IMG/VR virus record: IMGVR_UViG_3300036944_001324
Coordinates: 1 to 64,000 of that record
Direction: 5' to 3' (one strand)
DNA: 64,000 bases
In this document: piece after piece, positions 34,986 to 44,276 of the stretch
Numbering within the stretch: the first letter of the stretch is position 1
Layout of the letters: every line of letters starts with the position of its first letter
Translations under genes and position numbers: made by a program
Notes under the pieces: generated by a model
What the model saw: only the letters and a program-made list of their open reading frames with translations
What the model was told of the DNA's origin: nothing
Database searches by the model: none

Positions 34986-36701
34986 ATGAATCCATTGCTC
35001 AAACAAATCCTGGCTGGCGTTATGGTGCCCGCCAAGGAGAACTTGATCGATCAAGCCGCCCAAGCCAACCAGACAGCGGGCACTACCGATCCTGAACAAG
35101 TTCAAAAGAACGTCGACTTCCAAGCGGAAATCGATCGTCTCAAAGAACTCCAAGGCGACAATAGCGACGGCGGTACATCCACCGATCCTGTTGAAGGAAA
35201 CCCTGACGACGCAGCTGGCGGTGACGACGGTTCTCAACCGAGTCCTGACACTACCGGCGGCGGCGCTGGTGGTACTGACGGTGGTACCGAAGGCGGCGAA
35301 GGCGGTGACAACGGCGACCCCGACAACACCGACCCCGAACAAGATCCAGAACAAGAGCCCGAAGAAGATCCCGGCAACGGCGATGTTCCCGAAGAAGCAG
35401 AAGCTTCGGCCGACGGTGAAGAAGGCGATCAAGAGCCTGATGAAGACACCGAACCTCCAACGGAAGACGCAGAGATCGCTCAAGAAGCTCTGCGTGTGGC
35501 GGTTGAAGCACTGGAGGCTATTGGCCGTGCTCACGAGATGGGTGTTGTGAAACCCCAGCACATCGCGCTGTTCGATCTGGCGATTGAATCGCAATACCTG
35601 AACATCGGCATCACTGCCCGTCCTGGTGTCAGTCTCGAGTCCGTCTTGCCTGAAGGCAGCGCTGGCAAGGTCAAGTACGCCGCCGGCAAGGTGGCTGAAT
35701 TCCTGCGCCAGATCCTGGCCAAGATGAAAGAATACTACACCAAGGTCCTGCGTTGGATTCGTGACTTCTTCCAAGGCTATCGCGAAGCCAATGGCGTGTT
35801 CGCCAAGAACACCGAAGGCCTGCTCAAGCGTATCCAATACCTCAAGGGTAAAGAACGTGATCAAGCTGAGATCGACCAACTGGCTGAAAAGAAAGCCATC
35901 TCTGGCCGGCGCCTGTCTACCGACGGCAGTGTTCCTACGCTAGATTCCATCGCCAGTGGCATTGCAGCGATGCAGTCCATCGGCAAGGGTATCCGCTACT
36001 CGATCACGGAAGAAGAAGCCTACGGTCCTTTGGTGGACTTGGTGTCTGACTTCGACGTGGATGACATGGAAGGCAAACTCGCCAGTACGTCCAACGGCAT
36101 TCGTCCTGAAACCATGTTCCGCATCGCGGGAACAAGCTCCGTGTTTGAAAACTCGGACCTGTACCGCAGCTCTAGCATCAAGGAATCGAGCTTCACCAAC
36201 ATGGTGGATTTCAGCATTCGCAATCTGTTTGGTCTGTCCAGCTATGTGTGGACTTTGGCCGGTCGTGATGTGAGAAACATCGATTCTGTCGTTCACTTCA
36301 ACCACGGTTACAAGTTCGGCATCCATACCGAGCGTCGTGACGTGATGGTTCCTCTTCTCACCAACCTTGCAGACTGCGAGAAAGCCATGCAGATGGTGGC
36401 TCCTTTGCTCAAGGAACTGCAAGCCATGGGTGAGATGACCAAGGTGATGGAAGCTGTTGAAGCCACCATCATCAAGAACCAGTCCGTGATGAAGAACCTG
36501 GTGGACACCCTTGATATGGAAGAAACCTCTAAGATGAAAGTCTTGATGGCTTACTCGACCGGACAGTCGGCTTACACCAACTTGTTCGTCAAGAGCGTGA
36601 CGCTTCACATGCAAAACCTCGATGCGGTGGTCAAGGCGATTCACACCTGGGTTGCCCAGAGCCTGAACATCATTGCACCTGAAAAGGCCCCAGCGGCCTA
36701 A
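34986..36701 (+). CDS. Internal head protein with long acidic low-complexity propeptide
   Basis: DPEQDPEQEPEEDP repeats, VSLES site, WIRDFF helix. Confidence 0.7.
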   Translation: MNPLLKQILAGVMVPAKENLIDQAAQANQTAGTTDPEQVQKNVDFQAEIDRLKELQGDNSDGGTSTDPVEGNPDDAAGGDDGSQPSPDTTGGGAGGTDGGTEGGEGGDNGDPDNTDPEQDPEQEPEEDPGNGDVPEEAEASADGEEGDQEPDEDTEPPTEDAEIAQEALRVAVEALEAIGRAHEMGVVKPQHIALFDLAIESQYLNIGITARPGVSLESVLPEGSAGKVKYAAGKVAEFLRQILAKMKEYYTKVLRWIRDFFQGYREANGVFAKNTEGLLKRIQYLKGKERDQAEIDQLAEKKAISGRRLSTDGSVPTLDSIASGIAAMQSIGKGIRYSITEEEAYGPLVDLVSDFDVDDMEGKLASTSNGIRPETMFRIAGTSSVFENSDLYRSSSIKESSFTNMVDFSIRNLFGLSSYVWTLAGRDVRNIDSVVHFNHGYKFGIHTERRDVMVPLLTNLADCEKAMQMVAPLLKELQAMGEMTKVMEAVEATIIKNQSVMKNLVDTLDMEETSKMKVLMAYSTGQSAYTNLFVKSVTLHMQNLDAVVKAIHTWVAQSLNIIAPEKAPAA

Positions 36702-36789
36702 ACCATAGGAGGCGTAGGCGATGACCGCCTGCGCCCCCTGATCTCTTTTCACCTGTTTCTTTTCCCTTCTTTTTCTGAGAAAGAATTTC

Positions 36790-38046
36790 ATGAACGCTTC
36801 TTTTACCCGGCAACTGCGTGGTGGCCAAGGCGCATTCTCCCGCGAGAACCTGGAAAACGCCGATCTGCCACAACTGCCACCTGAACAAGTCGAACCGGCC
36901 CTGGCCGAAACCGACACCGTGGTCGCTGAAGTCGAGACCGAAGTGCCTACCGCTGTCGCGGAACTGGACGAAGGCACCGACGCCATCGCCGAAGCCGAAG
37001 GCGATGCCAACACCCTGGAAAACACCGCCCAGATCCTGGAAGACGCGATCGCTGCCGAGCCCGTGAATGACCCGGCCAATCCCGAAGCCGAACCCATTCC
37101 TGGCGAAGTGCCTACCGACGTGGAACCCGCCGGTGCTGAAATTGCCGACCTGGCTATCGAAGCCATCTCCAGCAAGTACGCCATGGCTCGCCCTGCCCGC
37201 ATCAGCGCTGAAAGCTTCGCTTCCGGCGCCGCTCGCGTGGCTACCTACCGCGCCCTGTCGACCGAAGCCTTCGAGAAGGCTGGTGAACTGCGCGCCCGTG
37301 CCGTTGAAGGCATCAAGAAGCTGATCGCCTGGTTCAAGGATTTCCTGAAGTCCGTGTTCGACAAGCGCACCAAGCTGGAAAAGCGCATCGCTGCTCTGAC
37401 CGCCTCGGCCAACTCGCTGACCGGCGAAGTCGCTGCTGACGCCAAGATCAAGGTCGGTGGCTGGGGCGCCGTCGTGGGTGAGGCCGTTGCTACCGATCCC
37501 GCTCCTGCTCTGAAGGAACTGGTGAACTTCGTCAACGAATTCGGCCAGATCGCCAAGATCGGTGGCAAGTCCATCGCCGAAACCGGCGACGTGGCTGAAG
37601 TGGACCTGAACCCCAAGAAGCTGGCCGGCCTGACCCTGAAGTTCTCCGCCACTGGTGGCAAGTACTCGGTGACCAAGGAACAATCGGGCAAGCCCGAAGC
37701 CGTGGAAATGGCACCTCTGAACGACGCCGCCATCAAGGCCGTGCTGCGCGACGCGCACAAGGCTCTGAAGTCGCTGACGCTGGCCGAAGCCAACTTCAAC
37801 GTCTTGATCAAAGACATGGAAGGCGCCTACGGCACCCTGAAGTCGGCCGTGACTGGCAAGGAAGGCGGCGAGAAGGTTGACCGCTCTGCTGTGATCGCTC
37901 GTTACCAAGCTTTCAGCAAGCTGTCGGGTTCCGTGTCAGCTGTGGCTCTGGCTGTGATCGGCAACGCTGTCTCGATGGTCGAGAAGTCGATGGCTGCCCA
38001 CAAGGCACCCGCCGCCGCTGCTGCTCCTGCACCCGCTGCCGCCTAA
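36790..38046 (+). CDS. Abundant internal head protein paralog
   Basis: SRE, SAE and STE sites; LENTAQILEDA; WFKDF; very strong GC3 codon bias. Confidence 0.75.
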   Translation: MNASFTRQLRGGQGAFSRENLENADLPQLPPEQVEPALAETDTVVAEVETEVPTAVAELDEGTDAIAEAEGDANTLENTAQILEDAIAAEPVNDPANPEAEPIPGEVPTDVEPAGAEIADLAIEAISSKYAMARPARISAESFASGAARVATYRALSTEAFEKAGELRARAVEGIKKLIAWFKDFLKSVFDKRTKLEKRIAALTASANSLTGEVAADAKIKVGGWGAVVGEAVATDPAPALKELVNFVNEFGQIAKIGGKSIAETGDVAEVDLNPKKLAGLTLKFSATGGKYSVTKEQSGKPEAVEMAPLNDAAIKAVLRDAHKALKSLTLAEANFNVLIKDMEGAYGTLKSAVTGKEGGEKVDRSAVIARYQAFSKLSGSVSAVALAVIGNAVSMVEKSMAAHKAPAAAAAPAPAAA

Positions 38047-38062
38047 CCGTTTCTACGGTTAA

Positions 38063-38099
38063 ATAAAAGCAGGCTCTTCGGGGCCTGCTTTTATGCTGT
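38063..38099 (+). terminator. Conserved-flank palindrome
   Basis: ATAAAAGCAGGCTC-TTCG-GGGCCTGCTTTTATGCTGT. Confidence 0.8.
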
Positions 38100-38217
38100 T
38101 TGTTTCTTTGTGAATTATGTGCGTAGCAGTTAACACCGCGTGAGAACCATGGTATGGATTTCCTCACCTTTAGTTATACCGACAACTTCTTTCTTTTCTT
38201 CCTAGGAAAAACCTGAC

Positions 38218-39369
38218 ATGACTTCTTACACCAAACAACTGCGTACCAGCAAGGGCGTGATTGCCGCTCTCTCGCGCGAAAACATCGATCAAGCTCCAGC
38301 ACCAGTGGCTGATGAGATGACACCCGAAGCAGCGACTGCCGTTCTGGCTGAGCCCGTTGCCCAAGAAATCGAACAAGACGTTCTCGCCCCCGCTGAACAA
38401 ATCGAGCAAGGCACTGACGCTCTGATGGAAGCAGAAGCCGACGCCGGCCTGCTGGAAAACACCGCCCAGATCCTGGAAGACGCATCCGGTGAAACTGCGG
38501 CCGACGTCGATGTGGCGACACCCGAGCTGGCCAACATTACCGTGGAGCGCATCTCTGCCAAGTACGGCATGGCCCGCACTGCCGTCCTGTCCAAGGAAAG
38601 CCTGGGCGCTGCTGCTGGTCGCGTTGAATCCACCCGCTTCATCTCCAAGGAAGCTTTCGAGAAAGCTGGTGAACTGCGCAAGCGTGTGAGCGAAGGCGTG
38701 GCCAAACTGATCGAGTGGTTCAAGAACCTGATCAAGAACATTTTCGACAAGCGCACCAAACTGGAAAATCGTCTGAACGCAGTGTTGGCCATGACAAAGA
38801 CCAAAGAGGGCGTTAAAGCCAGCGAAGACGCCACGATCAACGTCACCAGGGACATTGCCGAACTCAATGTTTCTGATGTCAGCGCTTTGATCTATAAATT
38901 CAAAAAGGTCGAAGAACTGGCCAAGGAAAACGCAGCTTCCATGCAAGGCATGGAAAACGAAACCCTTGACTTCAATCCCAAGAAACTCGGCGGTGTCACG
39001 TTGATCTGCGACATCGTTGACGGCAAAGTCTCGGTTACCAAGCAGACGGAAAAAGGACAGGAGACGTTGAAGAAAGCCGTTCCTACCCTGACTGACGTGA
39101 CCGAAGCTGCCAAGATGGGCCTGACCATCCTGAAAGATCTGAAAACAGCCGAAGCATCGTGTGAAAAGATCGTTGCCGAAATGGGTAGCGCTACACAAAA
39201 ACTCAAAGCCCTGGTCACCGGTGAAGACAATGGTGCTGGGGCAACACGTGGTAACATTCTGGCACGTTACCAAGGTGTCACCACTCTGGCAGGCGCGTTG
39301 AGCGCCGTCACACTGAAAGTGGTCGCTGACCTCAGCACTATGTGCGAGCAAAGTTTGGCTGCTTACTAA
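38218..39369 (+). CDS. Internal head protein paralog (tandem duplicate of 36790..38046)
   Basis: SRE and SKE sites; LENTAQILEDA, EAFEKAGELR, FDKRTKLE, NPKKL shared with the upstream paralog. Confidence 0.75.
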   Translation: MTSYTKQLRTSKGVIAALSRENIDQAPAPVADEMTPEAATAVLAEPVAQEIEQDVLAPAEQIEQGTDALMEAEADAGLLENTAQILEDASGETAADVDVATPELANITVERISAKYGMARTAVLSKESLGAAAGRVESTRFISKEAFEKAGELRKRVSEGVAKLIEWFKNLIKNIFDKRTKLENRLNAVLAMTKTKEGVKASEDATINVTRDIAELNVSDVSALIYKFKKVEELAKENAASMQGMENETLDFNPKKLGGVTLICDIVDGKVSVTKQTEKGQETLKKAVPTLTDVTEAAKMGLTILKDLKTAEASCEKIVAEMGSATQKLKALVTGEDNGAGATRGNILARYQGVTTLAGALSAVTLKVVADLSTMCEQSLAAY

Positions 39370-39380
39370 ACACTGCCATC

Positions 39381-39463
39381 GCATAAAGCACTGCAAGGGT
39401 GGTAACCCTTGTGAGTTCCTGCAACGGGAGGAGAGGCTGCAAGGCCTCTCCTTTTATGCCGTC
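39381..39463 (+). terminator. Composite two-hairpin conserved-flank element
   Basis: GCATAAAG...CAAGGGT-GGTA-ACCCTTG...GGAGAGGC-TGCAAG-GCCTCTCC-TTTTATGCCGTC. Confidence 0.7.
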
Positions 39464-39534
39464 AAACACTCTATCATGTGCTGGGTCCCTTTGTTGAGTG
39501 ACTTGTTCTTTTTACCTCTTAAGGAGTTTTACGC

Positions 39535-40506
39535 ATGAAAGCGTCCGCTATCGTTACGGTCGCAAGCAATGTGCTTGTACCGTATATCCTGCTTGCCTTA
39601 GGTTGGCAGGCTTTCTCTTTCCTTCAAGCAAACAACTGGTTGTATTACGCAGCGTTTGCCGTCTTGGCGTGGATCGTTCTGTGGAACGCTACCCCGCACT
39701 ACCTGGTGTGGAAACGCAAGGACATGCCCACTGCTCTCAAGCGGAAAGCTTCTTTGAGCTTCCTTGAATCAGCGCTACGGGGCGCGGTTGTCATGCCGTT
39801 CAGCATGAGCGCATTCTTCGTTGTACCCATCGTTCTTTTGTTCGTCAAGGAAAAGGACAACAAACTACCCGGTATCTTTGATCTACTCTACGGTGACGTC
39901 AACGGCATCCACGGTGACAGTGTCTTTTGGGTTTGGAATCCTGAGATCGGTGAAGAGATTCGCATCGAACTACCGCAGACCCTGGACATCGAAACGGAAC
40001 AACGCAACCGTTTCATTGAAGTGAACTACTTCTTGGAAGGTGTCTGGCAACGCACGTGGGCATCCCGTGTTGTGTGGTTGCTTCGCAATCGCTCGACCAA
40101 GCTCAGCGAGAAGATGGGCGTTCGCATTGCCAACTACCGTGAATGGAAGTACTGGGGTCCTCTCAAGCCTATCGATCGTCTGGCTACCGGTAGCTATGTG
40201 ATGCAGATGGGTAAACACTTCGAGGTGTACCAGATCGTGTCCTTGGGCAAGTGGTTTGGCAAGTTCCCCATGATCTGTCGCCAGCGTTACGGCTACAAAC
40301 TGGGCAATCAGATGGGTCCATTCATCACTACCCACGAAATGGCTCGCAAGACCAGCTCGGAAGTGATCAACATCGCTTACACCATCAAGGGTGACAAGGG
40401 ACCATCGAGCCAGGCCTTTCCGTTGAACCCTCTGGTTGAAAACGAAGACGGTAGCGTGAGCCTGGCTCTCGACTTGATCGATCAGAAGACAGGACGGCCT
40501 CTCTGA
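39535..40506 (+). CDS. Membrane protein of unknown function
   Basis: Three hydrophobic N-terminal segments; GIHGD, WLLRNR, YGYKL. Confidence 0.6.
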   Translation: MKASAIVTVASNVLVPYILLALGWQAFSFLQANNWLYYAAFAVLAWIVLWNATPHYLVWKRKDMPTALKRKASLSFLESALRGAVVMPFSMSAFFVVPIVLLFVKEKDNKLPGIFDLLYGDVNGIHGDSVFWVWNPEIGEEIRIELPQTLDIETEQRNRFIEVNYFLEGVWQRTWASRVVWLLRNRSTKLSEKMGVRIANYREWKYWGPLKPIDRLATGSYVMQMGKHFEVYQIVSLGKWFGKFPMICRQRYGYKLGNQMGPFITTHEMARKTSSEVINIAYTIKGDKGPSSQAFPLNPLVENEDGSVSLALDLIDQKTGRPL

Positions 40507-40592
40507 GGCTCTTTCAATGCAAAGGTAAGGCAACCCCTTACGTCAGTTCTTAAAATAGCTTGTAGGGGCATTTAAGCCCTTTTAAAAGCAAT

Positions 40593-40632
40593 CGTCATAG
40601 AGCCAGGGTTACAACCCTGGCTCTTATGCTGT
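40593..40632 (+). terminator. Conserved-flank palindrome
   Basis: CGTCATAGAGCCAGGGT-TACA-ACCCTGGCTCTTATGCTGT. Confidence 0.78.
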
Positions 40633-40719
40633 CTTCCTAATTACGTCGAACGATTTTGCGTTCTTGAAATCGTGTGTAACGATCGCTAAAGCTATCGACT
40701 AAGAAAGAGATTTTCCATT

Positions 40720-42312
40720 ATGCCTATTGTCAGTATCCCTCTTTTGGATGTGGATCAAACTATCACGCGTCCAGCTGTTCTTGACGTAGTTCGTCAAGTC
40801 AAAGACATCACGGGAATACCACAAGCCACTCCAGTTGTCTACATCGGTCAGGGTGAGAGCCGTCATCAGTTCGGTTCTACCGCGGGATCGCAAGAAGACA
40901 CCACCAAAATCAACTCCACCCAAATGGTCACCATTGAAGTGGACGAGCGCTACGACGAGGGGTTCTTCACTGCAAACGCGGGACACCGCCCTGAGCAGCA
41001 TCCTGATTTCATTGATCCGCACCTTGGGGTTATCGTCAAACCCATCTATGCCGTCAGTGAGTTCGATGTGAACTTCGTATATCGGACACCTTCTCGCTCG
41101 GAAGCTATTCGCTGGCGCAACGATGCCCAGTTCAAGGCTTCCCAGATGCGTGACGTGAACATGCACGAGCTCACGTACTACTACCTGATCCCCAACGCTT
41201 GCATCAACTTGCTCCAGCACATTCACGAGCTGCGTGAAAAGCAAGCACCCTACGGCGATACGTTCGAAGAATACGTGCGTGAGCGAATGACCACCCGCTC
41301 TACGGACGCCGTGGACATGACAGGTACTCACATGCGTCTTGTCATCCGTGAAACACAGATGCGGGTTCAGGGTGTGTTTGACTTCCAAGCACAACCTGAA
41401 AAGCAAGAGAAGAATGCTGACAATGGTGGTTGGGAAGTACGGTTTACGTACAAGTTCAGCTTCAGCAAGCCCGTTGCTTCTTCGGTGCAGTATCCGATCA
41501 TCGTTCACAACCAACTGATCGACGATAAGTTCATTCCCCAAACACCTGTTGACCACGAACGCATTCAAGCACGCGCAGCCCTTTCGACGAATGCACTGCA
41601 TTACTTCGAAGCCCACCGGATGCAGGCATCCATCGTTGGTGAGAAGACCCTCAAGTTTTTCCCGGCTATCGATGAGTGGCAGCCTCGACAGCTCGCGCCC
41701 GATACCCGACCCTACCTGTCTGTGTTGCTGGAAATCGATCCTGCCAACGACCGCTTCTTGGTCAACCTCGCGGACCTTGGTGATTACATCATCGATCCAG
41801 AGATCCTTGACTTCATCCGTGCGGGCGAGCATTTCTTTTTGAACAAGCTGCATTCTTCTTTGATGCAGGTGAGCCTGTACCGCAACGAGCAATTGGTCCG
41901 CCATGACCGGTTCTCTATCGGTGCCGATCTGAACGTCACACTGCTTGAACCCTCGGATCTTCGCTGCACGTACCGGTTGATTCTTTCGTTTTGCTCCGAC
42001 ATCACGAAAGTGGATTACCGTGCTGTGCGTCGGACCAAGCCGTATCCAAACGTCATGCAAAAGCTGGTCCGTATGGCTCGTGCTAACCGCGGACAAATCC
42101 GTCGTCTGCTGCCGTACTTGGACATCGAGCATTTGTTCATGGATCTTCCCAACACTGGCTTTAGCCGGCAAGAGATCATTGACTCCATTGTGTCGATGAA
42201 AACGGTCATGAACTACCACGCAGAAGCCTCACGCAAAGACGTGAGTACCACCACGGTAAGCGCAAGGTTCGAAGAACCCAAGCTGGGACCGCCGCAGATC
42301 ATCCAACCTTAA
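40720..42312 (+). CDS. Virion structural protein (neck/tail candidate)
   Basis: 530 aa; TITRPAV, F.D..LGV..KPIY, YPIIVHNQLI, TYRLILS. Confidence 0.65.
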   Translation: MPIVSIPLLDVDQTITRPAVLDVVRQVKDITGIPQATPVVYIGQGESRHQFGSTAGSQEDTTKINSTQMVTIEVDERYDEGFFTANAGHRPEQHPDFIDPHLGVIVKPIYAVSEFDVNFVYRTPSRSEAIRWRNDAQFKASQMRDVNMHELTYYYLIPNACINLLQHIHELREKQAPYGDTFEEYVRERMTTRSTDAVDMTGTHMRLVIRETQMRVQGVFDFQAQPEKQEKNADNGGWEVRFTYKFSFSKPVASSVQYPIIVHNQLIDDKFIPQTPVDHERIQARAALSTNALHYFEAHRMQASIVGEKTLKFFPAIDEWQPRQLAPDTRPYLSVLLEIDPANDRFLVNLADLGDYIIDPEILDFIRAGEHFFLNKLHSSLMQVSLYRNEQLVRHDRFSIGADLNVTLLEPSDLRCTYRLILSFCSDITKVDYRAVRRTKPYPNVMQKLVRMARANRGQIRRLLPYLDIEHLFMDLPNTGFSRQEIIDSIVSMKTVMNYHAEASRKDVSTTTVSARFEEPKLGPPQIIQP

Positions 42313-42325
42313 CTCATTCACCCCC

Positions 42326-43687
42326 ATGCCCGTTATCACGAAAAAGCCCTCTGCACCTGCCGAGGTGCGGCCATCTATACCTGCGGTGGCCAGTCCACCG
42401 GCCAAGCCGGTTATTGTGGATACCTTGCAAAAGCCTCGCAGTACGCTAGGTGCGTATGTGGAAGGTGCTGTTTACACGGTCGACTACTACAGCCAGGTCC
42501 TCACGGAAGACAGTGCTCTTTACGCACACGACCCAAGCGCCAGTGCTATCAACCAAACTTTCAAGAAGATCAGCCGTCTTGAGATCCGTTTGACAGAAGG
42601 GTTGACCAGTCAACAAGACGAGCAAGAAAAGACATTCACAGTTCGCGGGTCTGGTCATATCACACACGGCGTGATCCCTAACGCTGGTGACATGTTCGCT
42701 GCTGACGTCGGTGATGGTCGGGAAGGTATCTTCCAAGTCAACACCAGTGAAAAACGGTCTATCTTCAAAGACTCTGTTTATTACGTTCAGTTCCAATTGC
42801 TTTACTTCTCCAAGGACAACGCAGTCAAGCGTGCCGATCTGGAAAACAAAGCAGTTGCGAAGTACCACTACATCCGTGACTTTGCCCGCTGGGGTCAAAA
42901 CCCCGTGGTGTCCGACGGTCGTTACAAGAGCTTGCAAGAACTGCAGGTTCTCTACACCCAGATGGTCAACCACTACTTTGAATGGTTCTACTCGCGTGAC
43001 CGCGGAACCTTCCTTGTCCCAGGTCAATCGGGTAGCGTGTACGATCCGAACATCGTCGCGGCGATGCACGCCATCGTTCCTGTGCGGGACTTTCCCGACA
43101 TTCAAAAAGTGCGCCACTGGAGCACCCAAGACGACAACCTGCTCAAGCAGCCTAACTTGCTGACGGCTTTGCTCAAGCGTGATGACAAACTCCTCATCAT
43201 TGCCAATCGCAAGATGGGAACAGTCAACGTTGGTGCTTTCACCAACTACGCCCCTATGCGTTCTATCCGGTACTCCGGCATGGACCGGATCGTCTACCCG
43301 ATCTTGCAAAACGGCAGCATCGACCATTCTCGCAACGGGATGGATCGCGCTGCTGTTCCTGAGCCTCTTGCCGACGTCCCGTCTTTGTACGGACACCTTG
43401 AAGCGATGGGTCGCACCGAGAAGCCTGCGATGGCTGTTGATATCCCTGAGATCCATCCGGTTCTCATTGATGACAACTACATCCTGTCCGGTGCGTTCTA
43501 CACGAACTCCACAGGTGTGAGTCTGCTGGAGAAACTCACTCGTGACTACCTGGAAGGTGAGGGAATTAATCCTGAACACCTGCATTATCTGGCTAGCAAT
43601 TATTTCGCGTGGGGTGGTCTGGAGCGTTTTTACTACATTCCAATTTTGATCATTCTCACGCAGTCCCTTTTGCGTGATTCGATATGA
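42326..43687 (+). CDS. Virion structural protein
   Basis: YVEGA.YTVDYYSQ, VIPNAGDMF.ADVGDGR.GIF.V, YILSGAFY, LERFYYIPIL. Confidence 0.65.
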   Translation: MPVITKKPSAPAEVRPSIPAVASPPAKPVIVDTLQKPRSTLGAYVEGAVYTVDYYSQVLTEDSALYAHDPSASAINQTFKKISRLEIRLTEGLTSQQDEQEKTFTVRGSGHITHGVIPNAGDMFAADVGDGREGIFQVNTSEKRSIFKDSVYYVQFQLLYFSKDNAVKRADLENKAVAKYHYIRDFARWGQNPVVSDGRYKSLQELQVLYTQMVNHYFEWFYSRDRGTFLVPGQSGSVYDPNIVAAMHAIVPVRDFPDIQKVRHWSTQDDNLLKQPNLLTALLKRDDKLLIIANRKMGTVNVGAFTNYAPMRSIRYSGMDRIVYPILQNGSIDHSRNGMDRAAVPEPLADVPSLYGHLEAMGRTEKPAMAVDIPEIHPVLIDDNYILSGAFYTNSTGVSLLEKLTRDYLEGEGINPEHLHYLASNYFAWGGLERFYYIPILIILTQSLLRDSI

Positions 43688-44274
43688 CTGAAAAACTCGG
43701 AACAGATCACTATATCTTCGTTCCTCTCTTCCAAGTGACGGTTCCTCAGGAAGCTTTGCGTACCGAAGAAGAGGTTCGTATCCTGGGTACACCCACCACC
43801 ATGAACAAACGCTACGACGCTCAGTTGAGTCGTCAACGTACAACTACGTTCATGAACATCGCTAAGATGGCAACTCTCAGTCACAAAGGCTGGGGGGTTG
43901 CTATCGTTAAACACAGCGATTGCAAAACGATCTACGAATACATCCAGAACCACCTGGATGCATGGGCGAACTTGCTCGGTCACACCATCCATCGCCCCAA
44001 GGCTCCCTACGAGGACTTGTTCATTCTGGATCAGTTCGCGCAGCAGGTCTTCCAGCACGCCCGCTGGCAGTACAGCAATCCGGAAAACGTGCAAAACGCA
44101 TTCATGCGTCAGATCGACAGCCTGGGATTGCTCGGCGAGTTCAGTGTGTTCCAGCCGTCCATCATTTCTCGCACACGCCAGGAAACCGTGGAAAAGCCCG
44201 AGGAGACCGAAGGCATGAAACGCGAGCCTTTGACGGAGTTCTTCCTGCGCAGCCAGCTTGGTAAGAAGAAGTAA
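43684..44274 (+). CDS. Hypothetical protein in the virion operon
   Basis: ATGA overlap; IYEYIQNHL..W, P.EDL..LD.FA. Confidence 0.6.
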   Translation: MTEKLGTDHYIFVPLFQVTVPQEALRTEEEVRILGTPTTMNKRYDAQLSRQRTTTFMNIAKMATLSHKGWGVAIVKHSDCKTIYEYIQNHLDAWANLLGHTIHRPKAPYEDLFILDQFAQQVFQHARWQYSNPENVQNAFMRQIDSLGLLGEFSVFQPSIISRTRQETVEKPEETEGMKREPLTEFFLRSQLGKKK

Positions 44275-44276
44275 CC

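Noticed and set aside
35150-35470. Tandem DNA repeat in the 34986 gene
   Set aside because: This is low-complexity Asp/Gly/Pro/Glu propeptide coding without an exact periodic nucleotide unit.
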